DNA of 45,667 nt, taken from positions 1-45,667 of the forward strand of contig JBECUI020000062.1 in NCBI GenBank assembly GCA_040954595.2, read 5' to 3'. A program made the position numbers and the translations under genes. Within the stretch, counting starts at the first letter, position 1. Each line of letters begins with the position of its first letter. Below are positions 30,242 through 41,025 of the stretch, one piece after another. The notes below the pieces were generated by a model. That model was given only the letters and a program-made list of their open reading frames with translations. It searched no databases and was not told where the DNA came from. This stretch comes from Balanoglossus misakiensis. Lineage: Eukaryota; Animalia; Hemichordata.

Positions 30242-30472
30242 TTATGTTCCTTGCCGAGAATATCTGATAATCCGGAAATATCGTCTGGGACGAATTGCCG
30301 CTTGCTTATTTTCTTCCTGAATGGCCTGATATACCTCTTCGCGATATATTTTTACGGTTTTAGGGGCAGATATGCCAATTCGAACCTGTTCGCCTTTAAT
30401 CTCCAGGATACTGACGCGAATGTCTTCGCCGACGATAATATGTTCATTAGGCTTACGGCTGAGAATGAGCAT
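30242..30472 (-). CDS. csrA: Carbon storage regulator CsrA
   Basis: MLILSRKPNEHIIVG...VRIGISAPKTVKIYREEVYQAIQEENKQAA; the tail may carry an indel. Confidence 0.95.
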   Translation of the reverse strand: MLILSRKPNEHIIVGEDIRVSILEIKGEQVRIGISAPKTVKIYREEVYQAIQEENKQAAIRPRRYFRIIRYSRQGT

Positions 30473-30923
30473 ACTGTTTCGCAGGAATATCGACCGAGGA
30501 TTCCTGAACAATAAAATGCTTAGTATTCCATTCCGGGCGGATGGAAATAGATTGACAAGCTAGTTTCACCGATCGATTAATTATAATTGGTCCAAGTAGG
30601 TTGCAACTGATTTTTTCCGGCTCCTCACGGGGAATTGTAACAATAGAAAATACAAGAAGGTCTTCTTCGTTGGCAAACTTGATCGGTACCAGATCTTCAT
30701 CTGGTACATCCAGCACATAGTCTGCTCGAACAAGATAGGGATTAATCAAAATAAATGATAATTCCGATTCATCAGTACTTTGTAGGATACGAAAAGGTGG
30801 ATAGGGAGAATCGAGAAGCGCAAAAACATGCTGATCTTCAAATCCAATTAATCCACTCGGAAAGGTAATGATCTGTTCGGGGGAAATGGTTTGTTCTCCC
30901 AAAAAATTTGACTGAATTTTCAT
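30453..30923 (-). CDS. fliW: Flagellar assembly factor FliW
   Basis: ITFPSGLIGFE, LQS, FILINP, NLLGPIIIN; start ATG 30923. Confidence 0.93.
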   Translation of the reverse strand: MKIQSNFLGEQTISPEQIITFPSGLIGFEDQHVFALLDSPYPPFRILQSTDESELSFILINPYLVRADYVLDVPDEDLVPIKFANEEDLLVFSIVTIPREEPEKISCNLLGPIIINRSVKLACQSISIRPEWNTKHFIVQESSVDIPAKQYAHSQP

Positions 30924-30942
30924 AGTTACTATCTCCATCTTC

Positions 30943-32175
30943 CTACTGCAAATAGTCCAATAACGACGGTTGCAAAATTCTTGCTGCCCCCGATACTGTT
31001 GCCTGATACGCATATTCAAGCATCTTCACATTGGTTATCGCCTCAGCAAGGTCTAATCCAACTTCTTTGTTATTCATGTCCTGCATCTCAGGTATTTCAA
31101 ATTCATTGCGTCGATACGCAATGGACAGCCGCTCTGTTACCGAACCTATTTTTGCTAAATTTCCTGAGAGACTCTCAACAGATGAATCCAAGCCACGGAG
31201 AACCGATGTAGCAATCGACTCAACATCATTTGATAATAACCTATCACGAAACCCGATGATAACATCAAAAATTGAGCTGGTGAAACTTTCTGTTGTCTGG
31301 GCAATGTTATACGGCGGACGATTACTGTCGATTATTCCCAAGTCCCTAAGAACAGTGCCTTCTTCATCTCTCAGCCAGAGTTGATGGGGACGGGTAGTTT
31401 CAAGTGTTAGCGAGGAAGTTACCGGATCAACTGATGCACGAACCGCAACACCCGATTGATTGACCTTATCGACAATTGCCGATAGTGTATCTCCTACTTC
31501 AACGAGTATTGACTTCCCGTCAATGGAGAAACTGCCCTGCTCGGTAACACGATAATTTACGGCTTCCTGTGAGGAAAAAACAAGATTTTGTTCCGCCCAG
31601 AACAATTCATTACCTGGTATATCCACTGCTATAGCGGCATTGTTACTAATAGCAACATTGTTACTGCTAATATCTCCCCGATACTCAACCGTTGTAATAG
31701 CGGCACGCCCATCTACCCTGCCACTGATTGCCCGGAATGGCTCACTTCGCCCCCTTTGACCGGCAAACAACATGGTTCCATCTGCTTCTCGTGCATTGGC
31801 TATACTGATGAATTCCTTCAACAGCTCATCCACTTCGGCAGCAATATACTGACGCTCCTCTGCACCATAGATGCCATTGGCAGCCTGGACGGCACGCTCA
31901 CGAATGCTTTGGATAATATCCATGCCCTCACGAACATACTGTTCAGCTAATTCTCTCCGGTCGATCGTCCGTTCTATATTCTTCGAAAAACGCTCTAGGC
32001 GTACCAATCGAGATTGAATACGCGTTGCATGCGCTGCGGAACTTGGATCGTTCCGTAAATCTCTCAGACGTGTCTGACGAGAAATTTCTTCTTCTGCACG
32101 AGACATTTGTTTCTCTTGTCGTCTGAGATTGAACTGTATATCGTTTACCGGCATATTTGTACTAACGCGATCCAT
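30943..32175 (-). CDS. flgL: Hook-associated protein 3 FlgL
   Basis: MDRVSTNM, AVQAANGIY, DLAEAI, SLLDYL. Confidence 0.95.
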   Translation of the reverse strand: MDRVSTNMPVNDIQFNLRRQEKQMSRAEEEISRQTRLRDLRNDPSSAAHATRIQSRLVRLERFSKNIERTIDRRELAEQYVREGMDIIQSIRERAVQAANGIYGAEERQYIAAEVDELLKEFISIANAREADGTMLFAGQRGRSEPFRAISGRVDGRAAITTVEYRGDISSNNVAISNNAAIAVDIPGNELFWAEQNLVFSSQEAVNYRVTEQGSFSIDGKSILVEVGDTLSAIVDKVNQSGVAVRASVDPVTSSLTLETTRPHQLWLRDEEGTVLRDLGIIDSNRPPYNIAQTTESFTSSIFDVIIGFRDRLLSNDVESIATSVLRGLDSSVESLSGNLAKIGSVTERLSIAYRRNEFEIPEMQDMNNKEVGLDLAEAITNVKMLEYAYQATVSGAARILQPSLLDYLQ

Positions 32176-32181
32176 ATCTTA

Positions 32182-34053
32182 CTATACCCCCATCCTGTTT
32201 ATAATTGTATCCAATAATTCATCATACTGAGAAATAAATCTTGCCATGGCCTGATAACCATGTTGGAATTTAATCATCTGAGCTACTTCTTCATCCATAT
32301 TTACTCCGCTTATTGCCGACCTACTATCGGTCAGCTCTTTTAATACTAACTCCCGTGTGCTAAATGCAATCGAGGCTTCCTCTCCACGAACCCCAATTGA
32401 TGCGACAACATCAGCAAAATAATCATCAAAACTACGGGATTCCTTTCCAACAAATACTTCCTTTTCGCGAATATTTGCTATAGCTAGTGCTGCTGCACCA
32501 TCTCCAACTGCTGCCTCTTCCGATATCGGCGAAAATGCTGCCGCAAGGCTGGTTATATCATCAAATATTGCATCATTCACTCCTATCCACATTGATGGTC
32601 GCCGAAGTGGTGCGATTGCGTAATCGGCCTCTTCGGATAAACCTAGAACAGCCGAGGGTTGATCCCAACTATATCTCCCCTCCGGACCATTTGTTTGCAG
32701 GATGCCGGCATACCCGACAAGGAATTGCCCGGCGTCTTCCAAGGAACGAATAACAAAGTCAGGTGTCAGATCTGACGGGGTTGCACGGAGCTCAAGCATA
32801 CCGCTTCTGTTTAATCGAGCCACAACTTCTGCATTGCTCTGATTTATACGAGATATGACATCACCGACGGTATCCTCCGGATAATACGATATTTCTATTA
32901 CACCGCTGGGTCCCGGTAAGGACATGGTGCCTGCTAGACCGATTTGTTCCTCTGGTTGGAGAGCATTCGACCCACTGATGCGAAAAATATAGCTACTATC
33001 TACTGCACCGTCTCCGTTGCTGTCGTAATTTCCTAAGCTGTTCAACACCTGCGGATGCTCTACAAAGAAATCCACCCCTGTACTTCCGTTTAACCCATAT
33101 GCCTGAGTGTGAACTTCATTGACTAGATGCATAAAACTTACTGTCATCTGGTCAAGACTGATCTGTTCATTTTTAATATCGCCATCGCGCAGTTCAAACA
33201 AGGCCGCCATTTTACCATCAAAGAGTTGAACTTTTTCGCCGCTTTCTTCCCAGACCAAGGTGGCTCGCCCATCTTCGCTTGTATTCCCGCTCAGAGCAAG
33301 GCTGCGCATTATAGAACCTTGTACGAGATGATATCCGCCAGTATATATGCTAAACTCGTTCGGATCTCGTCTATCTACGGTAATATCTATCAAAGCAGAG
33401 AGTTTTTCTACAAGAATATCCCGCCTATCAAGCAAATCATTGGGATTATCACCCTCTGCTTCCACTTGAACAATTTCTTTGTTTAAGACCGCAATATCGG
33501 CAATGTACCGATTTACCTCTTCAACTGTTACCTGAATTTCGTCATCTACCATCTGCCGTATCTGTTCCAACCCTTGGGCACGATGCTGTATGCCTTCTGC
33601 AAGTGCAGCACCTCTTTGTCGAACAGAATACCGAGCCGATACTTGCTCCGGAAAACTTGATAACTCCTGCCAAGAATCCCAGAAAAGATCAGCTAGATGT
33701 CTAACGGAACTTTCTCCCGGCTCATTATATAAGCGTTCCATCATCAAGAGATAATCATTACGACTATTCCAATATGCCAATGAACTTCCTGCATCAACAA
33801 TACGCAAATCCAGTAACTCGTCGCGTATTCGCTGAACACGAATACTATTAACACCCTGACCAATCTGCCCACTTTGCTCCGATCGACTCAAGCCGGGACG
33901 ATAGAGCGGATGAAAGGCTTCTACCTCAACGCGTTGGCGACTGTATCCTTCCGTATTCATATTACTTAAGTTATGTCCGACAATACTAAGCCGCTTACTG
34001 TGTACGTTTAATCCTCGTTTACCTAGTTCAATACCTGAAAATGTAGATTCCAT
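32182..34053 (-). CDS. flgK: Hook-associated protein 1 FlgK
   Basis: GHNLSNMNTEGYSRQRV, NDLLDRRD, SGVNMDEE. Confidence 0.96.
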   Translation of the reverse strand: MESTFSGIELGKRGLNVHSKRLSIVGHNLSNMNTEGYSRQRVEVEAFHPLYRPGLSRSEQSGQIGQGVNSIRVQRIRDELLDLRIVDAGSSLAYWNSRNDYLLMMERLYNEPGESSVRHLADLFWDSWQELSSFPEQVSARYSVRQRGAALAEGIQHRAQGLEQIRQMVDDEIQVTVEEVNRYIADIAVLNKEIVQVEAEGDNPNDLLDRRDILVEKLSALIDITVDRRDPNEFSIYTGGYHLVQGSIMRSLALSGNTSEDGRATLVWEESGEKVQLFDGKMAALFELRDGDIKNEQISLDQMTVSFMHLVNEVHTQAYGLNGSTGVDFFVEHPQVLNSLGNYDSNGDGAVDSSYIFRISGSNALQPEEQIGLAGTMSLPGPSGVIEISYYPEDTVGDVISRINQSNAEVVARLNRSGMLELRATPSDLTPDFVIRSLEDAGQFLVGYAGILQTNGPEGRYSWDQPSAVLGLSEEADYAIAPLRRPSMWIGVNDAIFDDITSLAAAFSPISEEAAVGDGAAALAIANIREKEVFVGKESRSFDDYFADVVASIGVRGEEASIAFSTRELVLKELTDSRSAISGVNMDEEVAQMIKFQHGYQAMARFISQYDELLDTIINRMGV

Positions 34054-34057
34054 TGTT

Positions 34058-34579
34058 TTAACCCATCCAGTCCAATAATATTGGTCCGGAAAGACTCCTA
34101 TCTTTAATGCCTATTACTGAATATGTTCCCTTAAACCTATCACTGAAAAAGGATGACAAAATATGCTCGTACTGATTCAGCATCTCTCGTATGTAATAGG
34201 TTATATGCTCATGCGACGCTTTCAGCTTGAGAAATGCAATGGTTCGTTGACGATATAGCTTACTGATTTCATCCCTTATCTCATTGGGAAGGCATTCGAG
34301 TAAAGAAAAAAACCGCTCATCTGCACTTAACCCGTATATCTTACGTAGTATGCGAACTTCCATTGCCCTGCGCCGTTCGCATAGTATCAGTTCTTTATTG
34401 CCATCAGAAATTCCAGAAATAAAATACTGAAGATCATTCCACTTTTGTTGTACCACTGATTGATGAAATTTTTTTTGATAGTCCAGCAAAGTTCCGATGG
34501 CAACAACCTCATCTCTGAGTGCCTCAAGCAAATCAGATGCAGTGCCTGTCTTTTTTTGTTTATCCATATCTTTTTTCAT
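34058..34579 (-). CDS. flgN: Flagellar export chaperone FlgN-like
   Basis: Helical protein directly upstream of flgK with a C-terminal GTY motif; start may be 34567. Confidence 0.7.
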   Translation of the reverse strand: MKKDMDKQKKTGTASDLLEALRDEVVAIGTLLDYQKKFHQSVVQQKWNDLQYFISGISDGNKELILCERRRAMEVRILRKIYGLSADERFFSLLECLPNEIRDEISKLYRQRTIAFLKLKASHEHITYYIREMLNQYEHILSSFFSDRFKGTYSVIGIKDRSLSGPILLDWMG

Positions 34580-34588
34580 GCATTTTAC

Positions 34589-34615
34589 CTATCGGCATAC
34601 TACAGAAAGTCTTGA
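34589..34615 (-). promoter_or_regulatory. sigma28 (FliA) promoter of the flgN-flgK-flgL-fliW-csrA operon
   Basis: TCAA-15 nt-GCCGATAG on the minus strand. Confidence 0.75.
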
Positions 34616-34660
34616 CCTTTCTTGCAATATGCTATCTATCTGTGTAGTATATACGCAGAT

Positions 34661-36346
34661 ATGCGTATTCTTTTCCTTGTTACAATTATATGCTTGCCGT
34701 TCACCCTAGCTGCTGAAAATAATCTATTCTGGAATGAGAACTATACGGAAAGCGAGACTATCAATGAACTTATGTCCGGCATGAGTGATGAGGAGATCGT
34801 GGCACAAGTCTTTCTTGTCGGCTGGCAAAACGGGGAAAATATTGAAGAACTACGCACTTGGATACGGACCAGGGGTCTGGGGGGTATTAAAATATTTGGT
34901 TGGAATGGAAGTAATCTATCGGAACTGGTAGAAACAATTGTTTCCATGCAGCACATTGCTATGGAAGAAAATCATTCTATCCCGCTTTTTACTGCAACCG
35001 ATCAAGAGGGCGGTTGGGTGCGCCATATCAAGGACGGTACAAGCACTACCTCCGGCAATTTAGCAATTGGAGCAAGTCAATTACCGATTGATGCCTACCT
35101 ATCAGGTTATTATATTGGCAAAGAACTGAGTGAAATTGGCATTAATGTAAACTTTGCCCCTACAGTCGATGTATATACCAATCCGGCAGCCCATGTTATC
35201 GGTCCACGTGCATTTTCTTCTGATCCACTGGTTGTTACAACAATGGCAACCGCCTTCTACCGCGGTATGCAGGAGACAGGAATTATTACAGTTGCAAAAC
35301 ATTTTCCCGGGCATGGCAATGCAGACGAAGACAGCCACGGAGCTCTGCCGGTTATTAATGATACACTTGAGGTGCTCTGGGAACGAGATATTTATCCCTA
35401 TCAAGTGCTCATTAAAGAAGGATTGCCGGCAGTTTTGACCGGACATCTTCAATTTCCACAGATTACAACGAACAGTAAACCCTCATCTTTTTCTCCTTTT
35501 TTTGTTCAAGAACTGTTGCGGAAGTCTCTAAATTTTGATGGTATCGTTATAACAGACGATCTGTACATGCAGGGTGCATTAATTTACGGCAGGGAGCAAA
35601 ACTGGTCATTTGCACGCCTTTGCTTAGAAGCGATTCTTGCGGGCAACGATCTCATTGTTCTTTCCCGAACCCCCGCATTAAACGGTTCGATATGGCAAAC
35701 GTTCATAAATGCATACAAGAATAACGAGCAAGCCAAACAAAGAATTAATGAAGCTACAGCACGTATTATCAGAACAAAACTGCGCTACTTAAAACCCCTC
35801 AACAAGCTGAAAATGTTTCCATCAATTGATGGATTGCGAGGACGGTTGCGAGAATCACAGACACAAGATTTCCTGTTAAACCAAGCTGCAAGGAGTGTAA
35901 CAGTACTGCGTGGGGAAGACAGACTCCCTCTTATCCCATCCGAACAGAAAAAAATATTGCTTGCCGGCAATGACCCCGATTTTCATATAGTAGGGAAACA
36001 GCGCTACCCAAATGCAGAACAGTATTACTTTACCGGTAAATCATTCTATCAATCAAATGAAGCGGATTTGGCAGGGTTCAAAGAAATTGCCGGTAACTAT
36101 GATTATATTATTTTCTGTCTTTCGGATCCCAACACACTACGAATTTTACAAGTTGTTCAAGAATTGCATGCAAACATTATTGTTTTCTCAATTCTAACGC
36201 CTGTATACCTGCGAGAAGTGCCATGGGTGCAAACAGCAATTGCAGTATACGGCTGGGAAACAGAAAACTTTGAAGCAGGCTTTGCAGTACTACGAGGGGA
36301 TTATCAGGCTGAAGGACAACATCCCCTCTCCACCTCTCTCCGATAA
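34661..36346 (+). CDS. nagZ: GH3 beta-N-acetylhexosaminidase (NagZ-like, exported)
   Basis: Signal peptide; DQEGG, NFAPTVD, KHFPGHG..D.DSH, ITDDL. Confidence 0.9.
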   Translation: MRILFLVTIICLPFTLAAENNLFWNENYTESETINELMSGMSDEEIVAQVFLVGWQNGENIEELRTWIRTRGLGGIKIFGWNGSNLSELVETIVSMQHIAMEENHSIPLFTATDQEGGWVRHIKDGTSTTSGNLAIGASQLPIDAYLSGYYIGKELSEIGINVNFAPTVDVYTNPAAHVIGPRAFSSDPLVVTTMATAFYRGMQETGIITVAKHFPGHGNADEDSHGALPVINDTLEVLWERDIYPYQVLIKEGLPAVLTGHLQFPQITTNSKPSSFSPFFVQELLRKSLNFDGIVITDDLYMQGALIYGREQNWSFARLCLEAILAGNDLIVLSRTPALNGSIWQTFINAYKNNEQAKQRINEATARIIRTKLRYLKPLNKLKMFPSIDGLRGRLRESQTQDFLLNQAARSVTVLRGEDRLPLIPSEQKKILLAGNDPDFHIVGKQRYPNAEQYYFTGKSFYQSNEADLAGFKEIAGNYDYIIFCLSDPNTLRILQVVQELHANIIVFSILTPVYLREVPWVQTAIAVYGWETENFEAGFAVLRGDYQAEGQHPLSTSLR

Positions 36347-36348
36347 GT

Positions 36349-36749
36349 TTAGAGAAACAACATGCCGTGAAATAGAGATGTACAATTCCAACAAGTATAC
36401 CGATATAACCAATTGTTTTCCGGAAGGAAAGCAGAGCTGTTATGTCTTTGGGCAGTTTGGTAGTAGCAATACCATAAGTTAAAAAAAGTATCCCCCCCAA
36501 TACGATACCGGTAAAAGCGGGAATAATATCACCAACAAAACCAAGGTTTCCATTGGTAACGGCTAGCAGTTTTAATATGCCTGTCAAGGCCGTTACAGCG
36601 GCAATAACAATAGCCACACCCGGTTTGCGCATATTCTCAAGATTGAAAATTGCTGCGCCCCAGTTCTCGCCATTCTTGCTGGTTGTATTCACCAACATAA
36701 TTCCTACTACAATATTCGTACAAACTGAAAAGAAATATATTATATACAT
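36349..36749 (-). CDS. Small 4-TM membrane protein (3' end extended in the ORF track by an indel)
   Basis: Hydrophobic ORF; one added base near 36370 gives ...HLYFHGMLFL* ending at 36349 and removes a 170-bp overlap with nagZ. Confidence 0.7.
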
Positions 36750-36761
36750 AATGGTACCTGA

Positions 36762-38259
36762 CTAGTGTATAGCATATTTGCCGTAACTTTTCAAACGGTA
36801 CCGATAAAGAATTTGCGGAATTATATCAAAAAGTGCTTCTATACCGATACGATTTTGTCGAACAAGTTCGATACCGGCTTGTTGATGCAGTTGTGCCCCG
36901 GATCGTGCAGCAAGTGGGGCCGGTATCCCCTGTGCACAGAGTGATGCAATAATGCCTGCTAGAACATCCCCACTCCCTGCCGTTGCGAGAGCAGCATTCA
37001 TACCGTCGACAACAACAAGTTCTTCCCTATTTGGACGCGCAACAACTGTAACATGCGATTTCAATACAACAACCGATCGATATAATTCTGCGATCTTTCG
37101 AGCTGCCGAGTAGACATCCTGAAGAACATTTGCAACCGACATGCCCAAAAGTGCCCCCGCCTCACCAGGATGTGGGGTAAGGATTCGCCTATTATGATCG
37201 GAATTCATGATAATATCCTTGAGCAAGGGAGGTCGTGGCTAGAAGAGTTAAGGCATCAGCATCTAAAACAAGCGGCTCTTTCCGGCCTAGCATTGCAGCT
37301 AATAATGATTCCCGCCCCTCAGTCCCCCACCCACAGCCAACTAAAAAACAACTACTAGGTATCGTATTGATTTTTGATTTGTATATGTCTTGTACCAGTG
37401 CAGAAGGCATGGCAAGTACAAGATTTTCCAACTCGCTATCGACAAGCAGGTGAACTTTACCGGTTGCCATCGCTATAGCGGCCTTTGTTGCTAAAATAGC
37501 AGCCCCCACTGTTCCGGTAGCACCCGCGGATATGCTTAGTATGCCATTGCTATTCTTGTAGGAATCATCGGTCTGATTAGGCACAACAATGTCGGATTCT
37601 TCTGCAAGTAAGATATCAGTTTCTACCCGTTTACATTGTTCAAAGGGAAATGATGCATATAGCAGTTCTATCCTGCCACAATATGGTCGGGCAGTTGCTT
37701 GATAACACATTGATTTCTGATAGGCAATAGAAGCGGTGTAATCTGCCTTTATCGCTGTCTCTCCCTGCTGAAACCCCTCGTATATCCCGCTGGGCACATC
37801 TATTGCCATGACCCTTGCCGGATGATTATTCAACTCCTGTACAAACTGGTGGAGAGAACTACGCAAGCCCTGTTGCAATCCTACTCCACAAATGCCGTCG
37901 ATAACCCAGTCGACCGACTGAAGCAGATCCTTCCCTATCGGAAGAATATCGATACCCAAGTTCCTGCATATTGCATGTTGTTCAATACAAAGTGTAGACC
38001 GTGGTTCTGCAAGGGAAACGATACTGAGCGAATGGGTAGTGCGTAAGAACAGATGTCGGGCACAAACATAGGCATCGCCACCGTTATTGCCCGAACCAGC
38101 GAGAATAAGAATGCGCATCGATGTAGATGTAAGCGATTGGAAGAACTCATAACAAGAACGCCCGGCATTCTCCATAAGTAAAGCAGGCGAGATGCCGTAT
38201 TCACTTTCACATCGCAGGTCTAAATCTGCCATTTGTTGAGAATGTACTAGCTGTTTCAT
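36762..38259 (-). CDS. nnr: Bifunctional NAD(P)HX epimerase/dehydratase (YjeF/Nnr), one apparent frameshift near 37228
   Basis: LMENAG, GSGNNGGDA, IDVPSG, VLDADAL, then ILTPHPGE, LATAGSGDVLAG in the next frame. Confidence 0.9.
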
Positions 38260-39406
38260 AGATCCTCCCGAACAAAATTCGTTTTCCATAGAACAATATC
38301 GACTCCATCATCATGAACAAGCAAAGCCGAAAGATCGCCTTGGTCAGTTACTGAAAAATTACCTGTAAGAAATGCACTATGCGATAGAATACGCCGCATA
38401 ATCGCTCGCCCTGATTCATTGAGAATAAGGAGTTCTGATTCATCGTTGCTGATTGTTCTTGTAAGAAAAAAGTTATTACTTGCAGAAACCCCAACAAATT
38501 CGTAGAGGTCCACATCAATACGGGGAATATCAATAAAAGAGATGTACTGTCCCTGATGCAGATCAAGTGTATATATGCGAGAGACGAGAAAAGTAATGGC
38601 ATATGTTGCATTAGTATCCGCATCTCGTTCTTCGTGGTAGTATGAAAGCATAAGGTACAGTTTATTACCATCACGACTGGGGACAACTCTGTTCAATACA
38701 GCCGTACTATTTTCATCCGGTATGGGCAGATTACTCAACGATATGAACAGATCATAGAGCCGCTCGCCCGCATCAGAATAGCCATAGATACGCCAGAAAT
38801 CAATCGTCCTCGTAACAACAACTATGCCATCGTCCTTTATTGTCCATAAAGAATCAATATAAAAAACGGTGTGCCACCAATTCCCTCTTGTCCGAGATAA
38901 TCGATAACTTCACCGGAGGGAGCAAAACGAGTAATAACACGATTAAACATGGTACCAACTTCTTCATCATAAACAATCTGTGGCTGCGGTACCAATTCTT
39001 CGACCATCAATATTTGTTTTGAACTAACCAGAATTTCACCCACAGAACGAAAGAGATATTGATAGGCATTAAGGGTAGCAACCGTCTCTTCATTTGTATT
39101 TTGGGAAAGAAGCAGTGTTGGCTGCGGATTCTTCTCGGGGTGATAGAACAAGGTTAGTAAGTCTCCATAAGAATTAAACTTCATTACTTTGAACGATTGT
39201 CCATTACTGATATAAACCGAACCATCATGCATAACCATGCGATTTTTCTGTTCTATCCCAACAGTTGTAGGAGAAAAGTAGTTAATCTGTCGCTCGGTTT
39301 CACCAAATTCAAGAGTAAAGAGTACCGTATGGTCCAACCTACTCTCTCCAGCACAGGAAACAAAGAAAATGGCAACTAAAAAATATAGAAATTTCACTAT
39401 TATCAT
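38256..39406 (-). CDS. Spirochaete-type beta-propeller-like lipoprotein (possibly LIC_12708-like), one apparent frameshift at ~38863
   Basis: Lipobox FVS-C; KVMKFNSYGDLL, YLGQEGIGGTPF; T6 to T7 joins ORFs 38837-39406 and 38256-38738. Confidence 0.7.
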
Positions 39407-39507
39407 CCTACTTATATACTAATTTCCTGTCAAATCCTTTTTCCTTGCTTGTAGGAAATAAGAAAATATAATACCATTGTGTACAGAACTTATAAGGAGA
39501 AGGTGTT

Positions 39508-41025
39508 ATGGACACAGTACAAATATTGGATACAACACTGCGCGATGGCGAACAATCGCCTGGGGCATCAATGACCATTGAACAAAAATTTGAGATTGCC
39601 CGACAGCTTGCAAAGCTACAAGTAGATGCTATTGAAACCGGCTTTCCGATATCATCACCTCATCAGTATGAAGCCTGCAAGAAAATTTCACAAGAAGTCA
39701 AGGATTCTACGCTGACTGTTCTTGCACGTTCACTAACAAAGGATATTGATGTTGCAGCTGAAGTGCTAAAAGAAGCAGCAAGACCGCGAATCCATGTTTT
39801 TATTTCAACATCACCAATTCACATGCAGCATAAGCTGAAGATGAAGCCTGACGATGTCATATCAAGCATTAAATCTGCTGTTACGTACGCACGAAACCTT
39901 GTGGCTGAGGTAGAATTTTCTCCAGAAGATGCAACAAGAACCGACCTGATTTTCTCTGTAAGGCGGTTGATACTGCTATTCAAGCTGGCGCCCGCATAAT
40001 TAATATACCGGATACCGTGGGCTATACCATACCACAAGAGTACTACGATACCATACGCATGCTCAAAAAAAGAGTACCTGATATTGATAAGGTAATTCTC
40101 TCGGCACATTGCCATAATGACTTGGATTGGCTGTAGCTAATTCTCTGAGTGCACTGCAGGCAGGTGCCAGACAGATAGAAGTTACCATTAACGGAATAGG
40201 AGAACGTGCAGGGAATACCGCTTTGGAGGAGATTGTTATGGCCCTTCAAGTGCGCAAACCCTTGATACAACTGGATACAAAAATTCGTACCGAATACCTC
40301 TATCCCACTTCTCGTCTCTTGATGACCATGATTGGCTTTCCGATTGCTCGAAACAAGGCCATTGTCGGCGAGAATGCCTTCTCTCACGAAGCAGGAATAC
40401 ATCAAGACGGATGCTCAAGCATCCCGAAACGTATGAGATTATGACCCCAAAGCATGTTGGGCGCACTTCCAGCAATATTATTCTGGGCAGACATTCAGGT
40501 ATGCATGGATTTAAGCATAGATTGCAACAGCTTAACATCAAACTTGAGCACGAGACAATGAAAGATGCATTTGATAGTTTTCTCAAGCTGGCCGATAAAA
40601 AGAAAGAAATATACGACGAAGATCTGTTTTCACTGCTCATCAATCAAATAAATAATGATATTGTCTTATACAAACTACTAAAATTTACTGTTCTTTCTGA
40701 TTCTGAGAAAGAAGCAGCAGCAAAGGTGCTCATACAAAAAGGTGATAAAACATTTGAAGGTGAAAGCAACGGAGACGGACCAATTGATGCTATCTTTCGT
40801 GCTATTGAAGCGGCAATTAATATTAAGACAAAACTATTAGAATACAACGTACATGCAGTTACACCGGGAAAACAAGCACTTGGAGAAGTATCCCTTTTGC
40901 TTTCTATACATGGGAAACGTAATTTAGGACGAGGATCCTCCACTGATATAGTGGAGGCAAGTGCCATAGCTTTTATGAATGCTATAATACATAATCAATT
41001 ATTACAGGAGGTACCACATCCATGA
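39508..41025 (+). CDS. leuA: 2-isopropylmalate synthase (three apparent 1-bp deletions)
   Basis: [51 protein letters not shown], regulatory domain GDGPIDA. Frame is restored by single bases at ~39946, ~40120 and ~40410. Confidence 0.92.

Noticed and set aside
36177-36348. Long antisense overlap between nagZ and the membrane protein
   Set aside because: Removed by a single-base correction near 36370 that yields a stop at 36349.
36762-39406. Naturally split nnr and split lipoprotein
   Set aside because: Breaks fall mid-domain at homopolymers and are repaired by one base.
39508-41025. leuA pseudogene or programmed frameshifting
   Set aside because: Three 1-bp deletions in short runs, all catalytic motifs intact, no slippery heptamer or nonsense codons; same error pattern as elsewhere.
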